Shown here: one piece after another, positions 50,935-64,000 of the stretch
Layout: every line of letters begins with the position of its first letter
Numbering within the stretch: position 1 is the first letter of the stretch
Origin: Lytechinus pictus
Taxonomy: Eukaryota
DNA length: 64,000 bases
Reading direction: 5' to 3'
NCBI RefSeq assembly: GCF_037042905.1
Contig: NC_087245.1
Coordinates: 3,288,001 to 3,352,000 of the forward strand
The notes under the pieces: model-generated
Told to the model about the DNA's origin: nothing
What the model saw: the letters and a program-made list of their open reading frames with translations, nothing else
Databases searched by the model: none
Translations under genes and position numbers: made by a program

Positions 50935-52120
50935 AGCCCCTTTCACAATTGACGTACGACCATTTGCGACCTTTTGGTCGTGCGACAGGCTGCAACAGGC
51001 ATCAATCGCTAATCATCTCATAAGATCGCACAGAGGCTTTCACAGTTGCAACAGCTGTCGTACAACAAAAACAACCAGTAAACCCCGTTGCACGAGTAAG
51101 TCGCATATGCTCTTATTGTGCTCGTGCGATCGCATGCGAGTGTTGCACGAGGGATTGCGAGTGGAACGGTCGCATACATGCGAATGAAACGGTAGTGCAA
51201 TGTTGTAAGCCGTTGCGATCGGTCTTGTAACAGTCTTATGGCCCATATTATTATCGCAACCAGTCGCAAGACAGGTCTCTGTACATGTAGGTCGCTTGCA
51301 CATGTGCAAGTGTTGCACGACCTCCAGTCAAGTAAATGCGACTATTTAGTTGTGCCACCTCTCGCACCAAGTCGTACAACGTTGAACAACACTCGCACGA
51401 TGATCGCCCGACCGATTATACGACCCCGGGTACGGCCTGATGCGAGTGAATCGATCGTATTTGATCGCGTTCGGATTTTGAACATGTTCAAAGTTCAGAT
51501 GTGACCAGTCACGACCACCTCGAGCTCGTGCGACCGTCTACAACGACTGCGAGTCCTCGCAAGACACCAAGAGATCGATCGTGCAACAACAAGAAAAAAC
51601 TGTTGCAGGCGGTCGTAAACTGGTCGGACGTCAATTGTGAAAGGGGCTGAACGGTCGCATACATGCGAATGCAACGGTAGTGGAATGTAGTAAGCCGTAA
51701 TTTCGATCAGTCTTGCAACAGTCTCATATTATCGCACCCAGTCGCAAGACTGGTCTCTGTAGGTCTCCAGCACATGTGCAAGTGTTGTACGACCTCCAGT
51801 CGATTAAATGCGACTATACTTAGTTGTGCCACCTCTCGCACCAAGTCGTACAGCGTTGAACAACACTCACACGATGATCGCCCGACCGATGGTACGACCT
51901 TTTGCGAGTGAATCAATCGTATTTGATCGCGTTTGGATTTTGAACATGTTCAAAGTTCAGATGCGACCAGTCACGATCACCTCCGACCACCTCGAGTTTG
52001 TGCGATCGTCTACAACGACTGCGAGTGCTCGCAAGACACCAAGGGATCGATCGTGCAACAACAAGAAAAAACTGTTGCAGGTGGTCGTAAACAGGTCGTA
52101 CGTCAATTGTGAAAGGGGCT
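50935..52120 (+). mobile_element. Harbinger-like element, copy 4 (1186 bp) with TTA TSD
   Basis: TTA|AGCCCCTTTCACAATTGACGTACGACC ... GGTCGTACGTCAATTGTGAAAGGGGCT|TTA; internal TIR ending 51648; the empty site is reconstructable from the flanking 29-bp repeat. Confidence 0.92.
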
Positions 52121-52123
52121 TTA

Positions 52124-53320
52124 CTGATCACACCACGATTGAGCATTCGTTACTGATCACACCACGATTGAACATTCGTTACTGATAACACCACGATTGA
52201 GCGTTCGTAACTGATCACACCACGATTGAGCATTCGTTACTGATCACACCACGATTGAGCATTCGTTACTGATCACACCACGATTGAGCATTCGTTACTG
52301 ATCACACCACGATTGAGCATTCGTTACTGATCACACCACGATTGAGCATTCGTTACTGATCACACCACAATTGCGCATTCGTTACTGATCACACCACGAT
52401 TGAACATTCGTTACTGATCACACCACGATTGAGCATTCGTTACTGATCACACCACGATTGAGCATTCGTTACTGATCACACCACGATTGAGCGTTCGTTA
52501 CTGATCACACCACGATTGAGCATTCATTACTGATCACACCACGATTGAGCATTCCTTACTGATCACACCACGATTGAGCATTCCTTACTGATCACACCAC
52601 GATTGAGCATTCGTTACTGATCACACCACGATTGAGCATTCATTACTGATCACACCACGATTGAGCATTCGTTACTGATCACACCACGATTGAGCATTCG
52701 TTACTGATCACACCACGATTGAGCATTCGTTACTGATCACACCACGATTGAGCATTCGTTACTGATCACACCACGATTGAGCGTTCGTTACTGATCACAC
52801 CACGATTGAGCGTTCGTTACTGATCACACCACGATTGAGCGTTCGTTACTGATCACACCACGATTGAGCGTTCGTTACTGATCACACCACGATTGAGCAT
52901 TCGTTACTGATCACACCACAATTGAGCATTCGTTACTGATCACACCACGTCTGAGCATTCGTTACTGATTGCACCACGATTGAGCATTCGTTACTGATCA
53001 CACCACGATTGAGCATTCGTTACTGATCACACCACGATTGAGCATTCGTTACTGATCACACCACGATTGAGCATTCGTTACTGATCACACAACGATTGAG
53101 CATTCGTTACTGATCACACCACGATTGAGCATTCGTTACTGATCACACCACGATTGAGCGTTCGTTACTGATCACACCACGATTGAGCATTCGTTACTGA
53201 TCACACCACGATTGAGCATTCGTTACTGATTGCACCACGATTGAGCATTCGTTACTGATCACACCACGATTGAGCATTCGTTTTACTGATCACACCACGA
53301 TTGAGCATTCGTTACTGATC
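52124..53320. repeat. 29-bp minisatellite, 41 full units + partial
   Basis: Unit CTGATCACACCACGATTGAGCATTCGTTA; register checked at 52124, 52414, 52704, 52994, 53255; one +TT unit at ~53281; no spacers. Confidence 0.97.
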
Positions 53321-55885
53321 GCGATTTTTTTTTAACCATTCAAAACTTTTGTCCTTCAATACGATTGCCTCAACTGATGTGATACGATGTTATATGTGGC
53401 ACGATCATTACGATTACACGATTAAGACCACCGTTTCAAATGTAGCGCGAATCATGGCAGTTGAAACTAGGTATTACAGGCTATGCTTGTCTTTGTTAGA
53501 AATTTTACCATTTCATGTACATTACGATTTCCATTGCATGATGTGATTGCTTTTACTCCGTAAGTTCAGTTATTTCTTTCTTGCTGTTAATTTCTTATTC
53601 ATTACAGTAAAATACATGTATTTTAAATCCGTTATATTTTCTGCTATTTTGGGGTCAAATTTTTCTATTTCATCGTCCATAAAATTGATTCTCCTTGTGT
53701 AGTGCAGTGTCTTATACAGTATTTGAACTTCTCATCCTGCATATTATTCATATTTTTTCATGTGATTTACATTGTATCATACAGGAGTAATTTTCATCAT
53801 TTTTGTCATAAAGTTTATTAAAAAACTAAACAGAGTCCAAAGAAAGACCATCTTGTTTTAATGTCATCGTAAATTCATATTTATCTTAAAGCTTGCATCC
53901 CGTACATCTTTCATCAAGCATTCATCAACCTGGTCATTAATAAACATCGAAAAACTTTTATTCTGCAAACTTTGGCAAAACAAATGATCGGGAAAATGGT
54001 TAAAAGGCTAGCAATATCGATTTCAGAAAGAACAACCACCCATACAGCCGACAATATTTGCATCATTCGTCTTAGTCAATCATCTTTTTTTTTCATTCAT
54101 GTCAGTGCTATTCCCAGAGAATAAGTGTAAATAAGAGAATATTTATCCCCTCAAATTCGTTCTCCCATGAAATGAAATCATGACGTTACTCCTTATCATT
54201 TTCAGTGAATATGGAACATAAACGTCATTTTTAACATGCGAGGCTAAAGAGTGAAAATACAGAATGACAGGGTGAGGGGGCATACAGATACTACACATAT
54301 TTCCAAAACTATAGTAATGATGAAATACAATATTTAGATTATGACGAATAAAACAATAAAGAGAGAACTCGGGGAAGAGAAAGAAAGGGGTTTGGGAGAA
54401 AGTGAGGGGGAGAATGCCTGGGAAAACGGGAAATTAGGATAAATACGAATTTAGAAAGTGAACGCTTATCTACAGTACAAGGGGAAAACTCCAAGAGGGG
54501 ATGAAACTACAAAATAAAATATGGTATGATTTAGATGAGGAAGCACAGATTCAAGACAGAAAATAGTTCAAAGTCGATATAAATGAAAAGGTTGATGATA
54601 AATTGCAATTTAAATTCGTTATTACCTATCTATCGGATATTACGGTAGCTAGGATTGATATAAGTTTACAAGAAAATGAGACGATGTACGTGATCTTGCA
54701 TCTTTCAGAGTTTGTGAAGATCTGGCCTTGGAATGTGTGCTCTGTGCCGATGAATAATACATATCTTTCCCAGTCGTATAAATACCTCACCACATGTTTT
54801 GCGGACATACGTTATGTAAAACGATCCTAATCAATTTTCTTGTAAATCTATTGATACGTTTTCTCCATTGGCATATACGCAAATTGACAATATGCCTTCA
54901 TTGTTAAGGATAGTATACATCGTTTATCATGTTTATTTTAACTCAATATAATTTTTTTTAATGTTTGAACGAATGTTCCTTGAGGGAATTCCTAAGCTCA
55001 TAAATAAAGTGGTCTTCATAACTTTCACCATTTATCACATATTTTTTCTCCATTCATTCTTATTCAACATAAAAATGACTTTATTAAGTGTGATATTTTT
55101 TTCGCGATGAAATTGTCGTTTAGTTTCAACAGTGTCATAATTCAAAATTACTTAATGTTTTACTTTCGATTAAGTAATTCATGACTTATTTAAAACTGTT
55201 GATGATTTTATAGAATATGCAGTACAATGTCTTGCGATGTCAGAGATGCTCTTATAAGCTAAGAAAATAACACACTCTGCTGTTATTAAAATTGATTCCC
55301 TTTTCGATGTTCTCTTCGTCTTAATATTATAGTTAGTTTTTTTGTATACCTTTATATACATTTCTTCTTTCGGTGACGCAGCTGCAACTTACGGGTTCAA
55401 TATGTACAATCAATTATGTTCCCTCACCGTTAACTCAAAAGCCTCCAGACTCGTTATTGCCCCATTAAAAACGCTTGAGTTAATTTGCTTGATCCCACAT
55501 CATAATAAGGATGAGACCTATTGTCAATTTGCTTTTGATTCCTAAGTGGGATCCGTGACTCAATATACTTCTATAGTACTTAACAAGTGTCTGCCAAAGA
55601 CGTTCTTTTAAATTTTTCATGAGCCGCGGTTTAGATCGCGGGAAAGTATTATACTGGGATAATTATGTAGATAATGATAAGCCTTATATTGTGTACCCAT
55701 TTGCGTTTGCGGTTCTATAGTACCAAAGCAAAATCAAGCCTTGTGCTATTACATTCTGATTGGTACAAGACCTAGTTTAGAATGAACGTTTTTAGTAAAT
55801 ATGTATACATTCTATGAAGATGAATAGAACGAACAACTTTTATTTCGCGTTATAATTATTACATTGTCATAAACAATAATAACAA

Positions 55886-55919
<34 letters not shown>

Positions 55920-55931
55920 GGTGGTGGTAGC

Positions 55932-55995
<64 letters not shown>

Positions 55996-56016
55996 ATAGT
56001 AGTAGTAGTAGTAGTA
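55886..56016. repeat. (TAG)n/(TGG)n microsatellite
   Basis: Direct reading; explains the poly-T and poly-Y ORFs. Confidence 0.95.
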
Positions 56017-59000
56017 AACATTATTATTATTATAATTATTGTTATTATTGAACTTGAATAGTGGTTTTTGCCAAAGAATACAAAGCGCAACTATTATTGC
56101 CACGGGTTTAGTTCGAGATACCACTTTGTCATCGGCGCTCAAGTGCATTCAAGGAACTAATCATACCCGTATAGGGGAGACACTTCAGGGAAAAAAATGA
56201 ACAATAAATGCGTTTCATGATGAATTGTTATCTTAATTTGTAATGATATCTAAACGAGTCTCGCTCTATAAAGGGTTTCATAAAATAAATTATGACACCA
56301 AAATCTGAATTGCATTGGAGAACATGCCATCCAACAATCCAATCTTACATAAGCTTATTAATCGTAAAGTATTATTCCACCCTGGAAATTTTCTGAAAGT
56401 GTGAATGTCACATTTAAGTATATTAAGTGACTTCTGTCAGCAAAGTCTTTCTTTTGATATCGTCATTTGAACACTGACCTCATTAATATAGCGATTGAAT
56501 TTAATGAATGTAGACACGAATTGTATTTCCTTAAAATCAAAAATTAAATTTTGATTAATTATCCCTTCCCATTCCCATTCTTTAGATGTGTTTACCATGT
56601 TTTTATTTATATACTCAAACCTGAATATGCAACCGTCATACACTGTATCAGGATGGTGGACAGGATGCCTAAATTGATTCGGTTGAGCCAGAGACACGAG
56701 TGTATGCAGCTAATGGGTATTCTTGAATGGTGATTGGATGTTACGTATATGATATAAACGTCCCTCGACTGAACATGACGAGGTCATGTGACCCGTTGAT
56801 TAATGGAACGATTGCTTGCTTTTAAAGATGAAGCATTACATCATAATTGGATACAAGTCAAAGCACATGTGGCTCGTGCTAACGGCAAATACCGGGTATA
56901 TACCAGGTGTATCATGAAAATGAGAAAAAAAATCATATATTGTTGGCGAGTAATTTAAACCGTAACAAGATATATCAAACCTTAGTCATAATTATTATGA
57001 AATCCTTTTGGTCAACTTTAATTGTACCCACTTTCTCTCCACCCTCACTTGTTGTATGTAATGTGTCTCCCTTTATTTTTTTCCCTCCTCCTCCTCCACT
57101 TTAATGTAATTTTACTCACTTTCTTTGCTTTCGTCTTATTCTGTATACCAAGGTTTTTTTACAGAAATCATAGCACTTTTTACACCAAATAAATTTTGAC
57201 GGCTTGCGAAAATTGTAAATAGTAGTAGCAATAGTAACGATAATGATAATAATAATAATAATAAAAATGACAATGATAATAATAATAATAAAATGGATAT
57301 AGAACATTGATCATAATAGTACTATTGACTATAGTTTGTAAATAGTTATAATACATAATGATATTGAGGGGTTCAAGGCGCTTTACAATATTAACGCAAC
57401 TATATCATTAAGGAATAGCAATAATATGGAAATGCGAGTTTTGATATCAATACATGTACGTATATGCAACGGATAAATTAGCACTTAGCAACCAAGTCCA
57501 ATTAGCTTCATGTCAGAATGTAAAGATTATTGAAGTAAATAATTGATATTAGGAAGCAATTTAACCCGATAAGTAGCCTACACTAACGCTAACAAATATG
57601 AGTTTATATTAGACGCTGAAATACGAAGGCAAACACTAGGTGCAATTATAGGTTTTCAAATGATCATTAGTTTTCGAGTTTATGTCGATAATTTACGTTC
57701 TTCTCACAAGAGTCTATATACGCACACAAACCCTCACTCACCCACATCAACGCCTCCCACACACACGCTTTTAAGTTGATTACCACTGATGTACAAAGTC
57801 TTGAGGGCATTCTTTCTGTTTGATTCAACAAATCTGATTACCAGGTCTCTATAGTTCACTACTATTGTCACTCTTCCATTTTCCTCGTTTCACTTTTCTT
57901 CCCATCTGCAGCATCATTCGTATCTTTATTCATATATAAAGAATTTAAATTTTACTGTGCTGGGTGGATAATTACGGTATGTGGTAAGTTTTGTATCCGT
58001 TATAATGATGTATATTATTTTGCTAAACATGATGACACCTTACGTGTGTGTCATCTGCTGATGCATTCCAAATTATAATACAAAAAAATCTTGTAAGATA
58101 TGATGAAATGGGATACAGGATTTCCTTCGACATAATAAGACTAGGCATACAAGTACCACATAATGGCATGTTTCATATCAGAATCAATACAAGAGGAAAA
58201 TAGATGTGAAGAGATAGACCGTCTGGCCAAAAACAGGGGCATGATTAGAACGTGATGTATCCTGATACCTTTTCCTCCATTGATAAAACACTTTCCTTTT
58301 TTCTTTAATCTAAATCTTCCTGTTCATGCTGGCCATCGCTGTCTTCCTATCTCAATACCAACCGAATATTGGGCGCGTTTACCAAATAATAATTTAACCG
58401 AAGTCACATCCGTTCTTTGAAGTAGCTTTCTCGTCAATGGCGTCTGATCCATCTATAATGAGGTTTATTGGTCGAAGGTTCGAGCGTAGACCCTTTCGCT
58501 CTTTGACTGTGTGAATTTTTTGCCGACAAACCAAATAGCGGAATGGTCATTGCTACTTCTTCTAACACAGCCAGTCCCTCGATTCACAACTTCATGGAAT
58601 GTCACGGAGTCTGTTTTATAGACTAGTCTGGGTAAGGATACCAAAGAGGAAAGGAGATGTAGATGTGGAAATGGTTTGTACAATCATATCTAATCTGCGC
58701 AAAAACTCTACAAAATGCGCATGTTGGAAGAGGAGACCTTATTTGATGCGCTCACATATTTCCCCTGGCTACTTCTGTTTTACTATGATTATACGTTGTC
58801 ACTGCATATCGGCTGTCCACTGATGTATCTATTTTACTCAAATTATGCACCGTCCTTTACACTCCCATTGGCGGATTATACCACAGTAACAAGTGACGAT
58901 CTCTTAAAATCTCGTAAGATGCAATTTCAAACTCACCTTTAGGTGTATTCTTAGTTTGATGGTATTTATATACTACGAATTTAGAAAAAGTAGAATCTCA

Positions 59001-62000
59001 TGATTAAAGGAAATGGCATCGGTTAAGGTTTATGATATAGTACCTAACGGAAAATATTTCTGCTCAAATTAAATCTTTAGAAGATGTAGAGTGAAATTAT
59101 CATTTAAAGAAATAAAAACTTAAATGTATTTATCCTGTCCCTATGGTGCAACATTTGCGTTTGGTATTTTGATTGTTTTTAACTAATGACTTCATATCTA
59201 CTTTAGACAGAATATTCTTAGAATACCAACATAATGAGCCATAGTTAGGGCAATGGTTAATGGAACTCCGATGGTTAAAAGAACATTGCACGTACATTTG
59301 GAGTTCACCGAACAGACACCTGGCAAAATAATTTGAAAATATCAGCGCGATATGTACATTTTGATAAAGATTACAGTTTTATAACTTGTTATCCACCCTC
59401 TCTATAGTGGATGACTTAGGAGTCACAGCACACCACACACACACCACGGGCACACGAAGGTTCTGTAATTTGCCAATACCATTATTTGCATTTGTCTCAT
59501 TATCAATGTTTGCAAAATATATCTTTTTCACTCTTTTTTTCAAACCTTCCCCTAACCCTGTATTTGGATGGTCTTTTTTGTTTGTTCACATGCTTCGATG
59601 TGGTCGACAGACATTTTCATAATTTTAGCGTAATCCTCATTTTCGCGAAGTGATATTTGGTGCCTTTTCATAATTTAGGATTGTTCACACGAAATCCAAA
59701 TACCAAAGTTTAAGTATACGAACCTTTGTCTAAAATATCTTTATCAAACCCCTTGTATTCGTTTGAATGGGATAATTATTCACCTCCCCCTCATTCCTGT
59801 TAAATAGGTTGTGGCAAACCCTCAGAGGGGATGTTACATGGGCTCTTTTCTTCAAGCTTACCCGTTTACCCTCATGATGTATTTTCAGCATTCTTAGCTC
59901 AGATGTTTTTTCATACTGCTGTGATGTTTGCATCTTCTCCTGGCTAGCATCTCCTTAACGTGTTTTTTTCGTTATGTGGTCACTCACCAATCCGCTCTAT
60001 TGTTTCCTTTTTGAAACCACAATTCCATCCTTGGGTTCTCAGCTCCTCTACTTGTGGTTATAAGCTTCTCGTCTGTCTTCCAGTAATCAAATCTGTAACC
60101 CCCTAGCAACCCCTTTTTTCATTCCTCCTTTTCATGTAATTACTTGCCAATGATTTCGACCCATTTTCATTGCTTCCAAAGGGTAAGTTTTGGGTGTCTT
60201 ATGATGCTTATTACTAAAAATTTTGACCTGAATTTATTACATGTTCAAAGCATGGGAAAATAGAATCAACATACCTTTTTAGGAATCTCTTGAATTTTTT
60301 TTTAATAATTATTATCAATGTCTGAGTCTACTCAAGTCCGCCAATCGACTTGTGTGGAATTGATTTTGAATTTAGAAGTACCCGACAATGCTGTGCGTAA
60401 TTTTTTGTTGTGTGAACGGAAGATGATGTCTGATTTTGTGTAAGTATGTGTCCCAAGAATGGTGAAATATGGAAGAAAACTCAAGAATTGTAAGTGATCA
60501 ATGTATACATTGACATTAATTAGATATCCAGTACCAGTTTTATGGCTGATTAATTCAAGGTAATATTTTTAATGAGTGATGAATTGAGTATGCCATTGTG
60601 TGATGGTGCGTGTACATGTAGCTGCGGGTATGTATGTGTGTGTGTCTAATGGTGGGTTCGATGAGTGTGTGTAAGTATTATGGTGCATATAATGTTTAAA
60701 AATGAGAGGAGAGATACATATATATAGTCGTGATAAATGAGAATCAGGAATAGATGATAGATAACAACTCGGAAATATGTTTGAAATGCTGGAATGATGG
60801 GTAGGATCTAAAATGTCGAAGGATATAAAAGGAGAAAGGGAGGGGGTCGAAAAAGAAAGGGAGTGAAAAACTGAAAAGAGGGAGAAGACAAAAGATATAA
60901 GACGAAAACAAGGTGGTACAACATGGAGCAGAGGCAACCGCACTCAATGAATTTGCAAGTAATAACAATTTTAGAAAAAGATGAAGAATACAAATACACG
61001 GAACGTGGATAACATTTGAGTAAGCCGTGTAGTAATACCCCTATTTTCTTTGAAATCAAATTGAAGTAACTTAAGTCCCATTTCTTGTATAACCTGGTGG
61101 CCCCCCTTAAATGAAGAAAGTTGGGTATAGAGCAAACGATTGAAAGCTCACTTGTTGTTTGCTTACTTAAACGCCAAGTCCATTTGCAGGAAGGCTTTAG
61201 AAAGTCGAGGGTATTTTGTTGTAATAATACTCTATCGGACCTGTAAAGACAAATATATTCGGGGGAGACCTTGCAAGATATCGTTACATCAGAATGTACC
61301 CAAGGACGTGGTGGCACAAAGAAAAAATACTTCGAGTAAAAAAGAAATGATATTTTGATGAAAGGTGTAGTTTTCGTATTGTAATCTTAATTTTCTACAA
61401 CATCGCATCTACTTTTTTTTTAAATTTAACTTTAACAAAACGCCCCCTGTTTATTCCATGATACATAAAAAAGATATTTCGTTACCATGACATTCCTCAC
61501 GAGTTCTTCAAGGCGAAATAAACATCTTGTGAAATTTATCATATGAATTTCTTCTTCATTATGCAATCTGCATGGCATAATACTATGCTATATTGGTAAA
61601 CAATATCATTGGAAATGATTTTGTATATACAGCGATTGGTGTCATTGCAATGTTGTTTTTGACCTTTCGGAATATGCAATTTGTTTTTCTCAGTCTTTAA
61701 TTTCACCTGAGCTACATCTATAAGTGACGAATAGATCAAACGATTCCTCGTCTCCACCACTCAGAAAAAGTATTTGCATTTCAGAGTGGAAACCTGTGTA
61801 GAATAGACCATGGTTAGGGCGTGCAAAGACTACCCATGTATTCCCTAGTCCCGCTTTCAATTTGTAAGGGGTCGTGACCATGCATTTTAAATAAAACAAT
61901 CATGACCGCTTCCATTGCCACTTGTGTTACTAGCATATCACTATTCTGCAGGATACGAGTGGAGAGTTGAATATATATTCATCCCGCGTTCAGCCTTTCT

Positions 62001-62169
62001 ATTTTTGTCTCTCTATCTCTCTCTCCTACCTCTCACTTTTTGTATATAAGTTGCATGTCTTAGCTCCTATCTTCTCTTTCTCATTCATTATCTCAGTCTG
62101 ATTCGGTGTTTTGGTCCAGCCTTACCTTTTCATATATTTCCCATTCCGCTTTCATTATTATGTGTATTG

Positions 62170-62280
62170 TCTCATCTCCCTCTCATTTCCTCTCTCCCCC
62201 TCTCCTCCCCTCTCCTCCCCTCTCCCCCTCTCCTCCCCTCTCCCCCTCTCCCCCTCTCCCCTCTCTATATTCTCTTCCTA
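62170..62280. repeat. C/T polypyrimidine low-complexity tract (CTCCC-like)
   Basis: Direct reading. Confidence 0.8.
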
Positions 62281-64000
62281 TCTTTTATTTGATTTCTGTT
62301 TGTTACTTGGTCTTCTTAACCTCGCATCCCTTATCAATTTTGTACCTCTATATTTGTTCAGCGTTAACATGTTGAACATGATTGTTCAACAGTTTTTTGG
62401 AGGAATTCGTATGATGAAGATGTTCATATTCAAATTGTACTGTATTGAGTATGCAATCGTTTATTTTCATTTATATCTGAATTTATCATGCCAAAGAAAT
62501 ATCATCGTTTTATGATACCGAACATACCCTTTTGTTCAATATGTTCTTACATTAAATATTTTCTCGTATGAAGATCTCTGAATTAAAGATAATTCTCATG
62601 ATTATATTTTGTTAGTATCAAGAATGAAAATGACCGAAAAGTATGACAGAAATATGGAACATGATCGTTGCTTGCATTCATCAGATATTCGTCGGATCGA
62701 GGAGGTATTCTTGATTACTTCTACTTTGATAAGGTCCTTTAACCTGCATGATCATGGTGATGATTGAATTGATAATTGGATAAAGAGACCTCAGGAAGAT
62801 GTAATCCCCGAGGATTTATAAAGGGAAATTCCCCAACGCCAAAATGAGGACAAACCTTTTGACCTTGCCAGGGTCAAGACGTCGTCCTTAAAATGTCAAA
62901 CAACCGTGAGACATCTTAAATGGCAAATTATGTTCCCACGTGGTACACTATTCCAGACATGAGATGCTTTATCCTGAAGCATACTTTTACATGAACATAA
63001 ACTCCAACATTTTCATGTTTTAATTGTTGTTTGAGCAGTGATCCAACTCTTAAACTCAATTGAGACATATGGCCTTACGATATACAGTTTCAAATGATAA
63101 CCTGCAAAACTTTGACCGCTCATCAAATGGAGCAACGTTATATCAGAGCACCAAAGTAACGAAACTCGATGGTCATAAGCAAACATCATTTCGCTAACAA
63201 TCATGAGATGTACTGAATAGAAAATAATGTACTGATTTTCAAGAATACATAAAGGTGACTTTTATCCGGGTTCTTTATAAATGCATCGAAAGATTTAATG
63301 TGTTCATATATAAGTACATGACATCATTTCTGAGGACCGTTCTTATGTTAGCACCATTGCAAAATGACAAAGTTGATGACGATCTATTAACTCATATTCT
63401 TTCATGTTTGATTTGTCCCTCGTGTATTAATGATACCAAGGGAACTAAAAATGAATAAGAAACCCATTGTTTGCAAGAAGTTTCGTATTCGTAGTTTTCG
63501 TATAAATAACATGAATTCAAAGTTTATTGATACACGTAAGTTAGTTTGACTGATACAAATGGTTTTCTAATCTACGAAATCTTTATCAAATCAAAAATAT
63601 TTAATTTCAAGCCATTATAATATGAAAGAATAGTGTATGAATGTTTATTTGGATATCAATACAGGAAATAGTGTCACTAGTAATCTCTTTCAGAGCTATC
63701 TAGGAAGGATCTTACGTCAGAAAATTTGATATGAGACATCTAAGAGGTGTCAAAAATTAATGTACATAGCCTCGTGCAGGTTTTGCATAATCGCCATTCT
63801 ATAGAGTATGAATTATGAATTAAAAATCCATGTGTAACTGATATTACCTTAAATTATTCTTTATTTTCCACCAATCAGTTTTCTGATAAAAAGTATGCTC
63901 TTCTTCCGTCTGACACTGTTCCCCTTGACTACTGAGAGTCTATGGCAGTAGGGAGTCGCCTTTTTAATGTGATTGATCTCAAGTACTCTCTAACTATCGT

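Noticed and set aside
50935..53314. Element + TSD = 1189 bp = 41 x 29, equal to the array unit count
   Set aside because: Arithmetically true, but no mechanism is supported; treated as coincidence.
52124..53320. 29-bp repeat array as CRISPR
   Set aside because: Units are head-to-tail with no unique spacers, there are no cas genes, and the context is eukaryotic.
55812..56148. Poly-T / poly-Y ORFs
   Set aside because: Microsatellite translation.

Overview
AT-rich, repeat-dense eukaryotic (animal) DNA, probably echinoderm/sea urchin judging from repeat style (inference). The only recognisable coding signal is the 5' part of a + strand gene. An exon at 19739-19913 encodes RKCKSATFNIDGYSYTI, which matches the N-terminal motif I recall from long PDE1C-type Ca2+/calmodulin-dependent phosphodiesterase isoforms. 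Two phase-compatible upstream exons (6497-6728, 8311-8670) encode an MGTVCS-starting, putatively myristoylated N-terminus. No PDE CaM-binding or catalytic exon was recognised, so the rest is likely intron. It holds many non-autonomous DNA transposons (PIF/Harbinger-, hAT-, Tc1/mariner-, piggyBac-, Kolobok- and CACTG-type, many with visible TSDs), a tRNA-derived SINE, an L2/CR1 3' fragment and micro/minisatellites. The most striking structures are a 2.75-kb quasi-palindrome built from a three-TIR Harbinger-like element (28063-30812) and another copy inserted at the edge of a 41-unit 29-bp minisatellite (50935-53320). There is no CRISPR array, rRNA, intact tRNA or transposase ORF, and most ORFs in the track are spurious.
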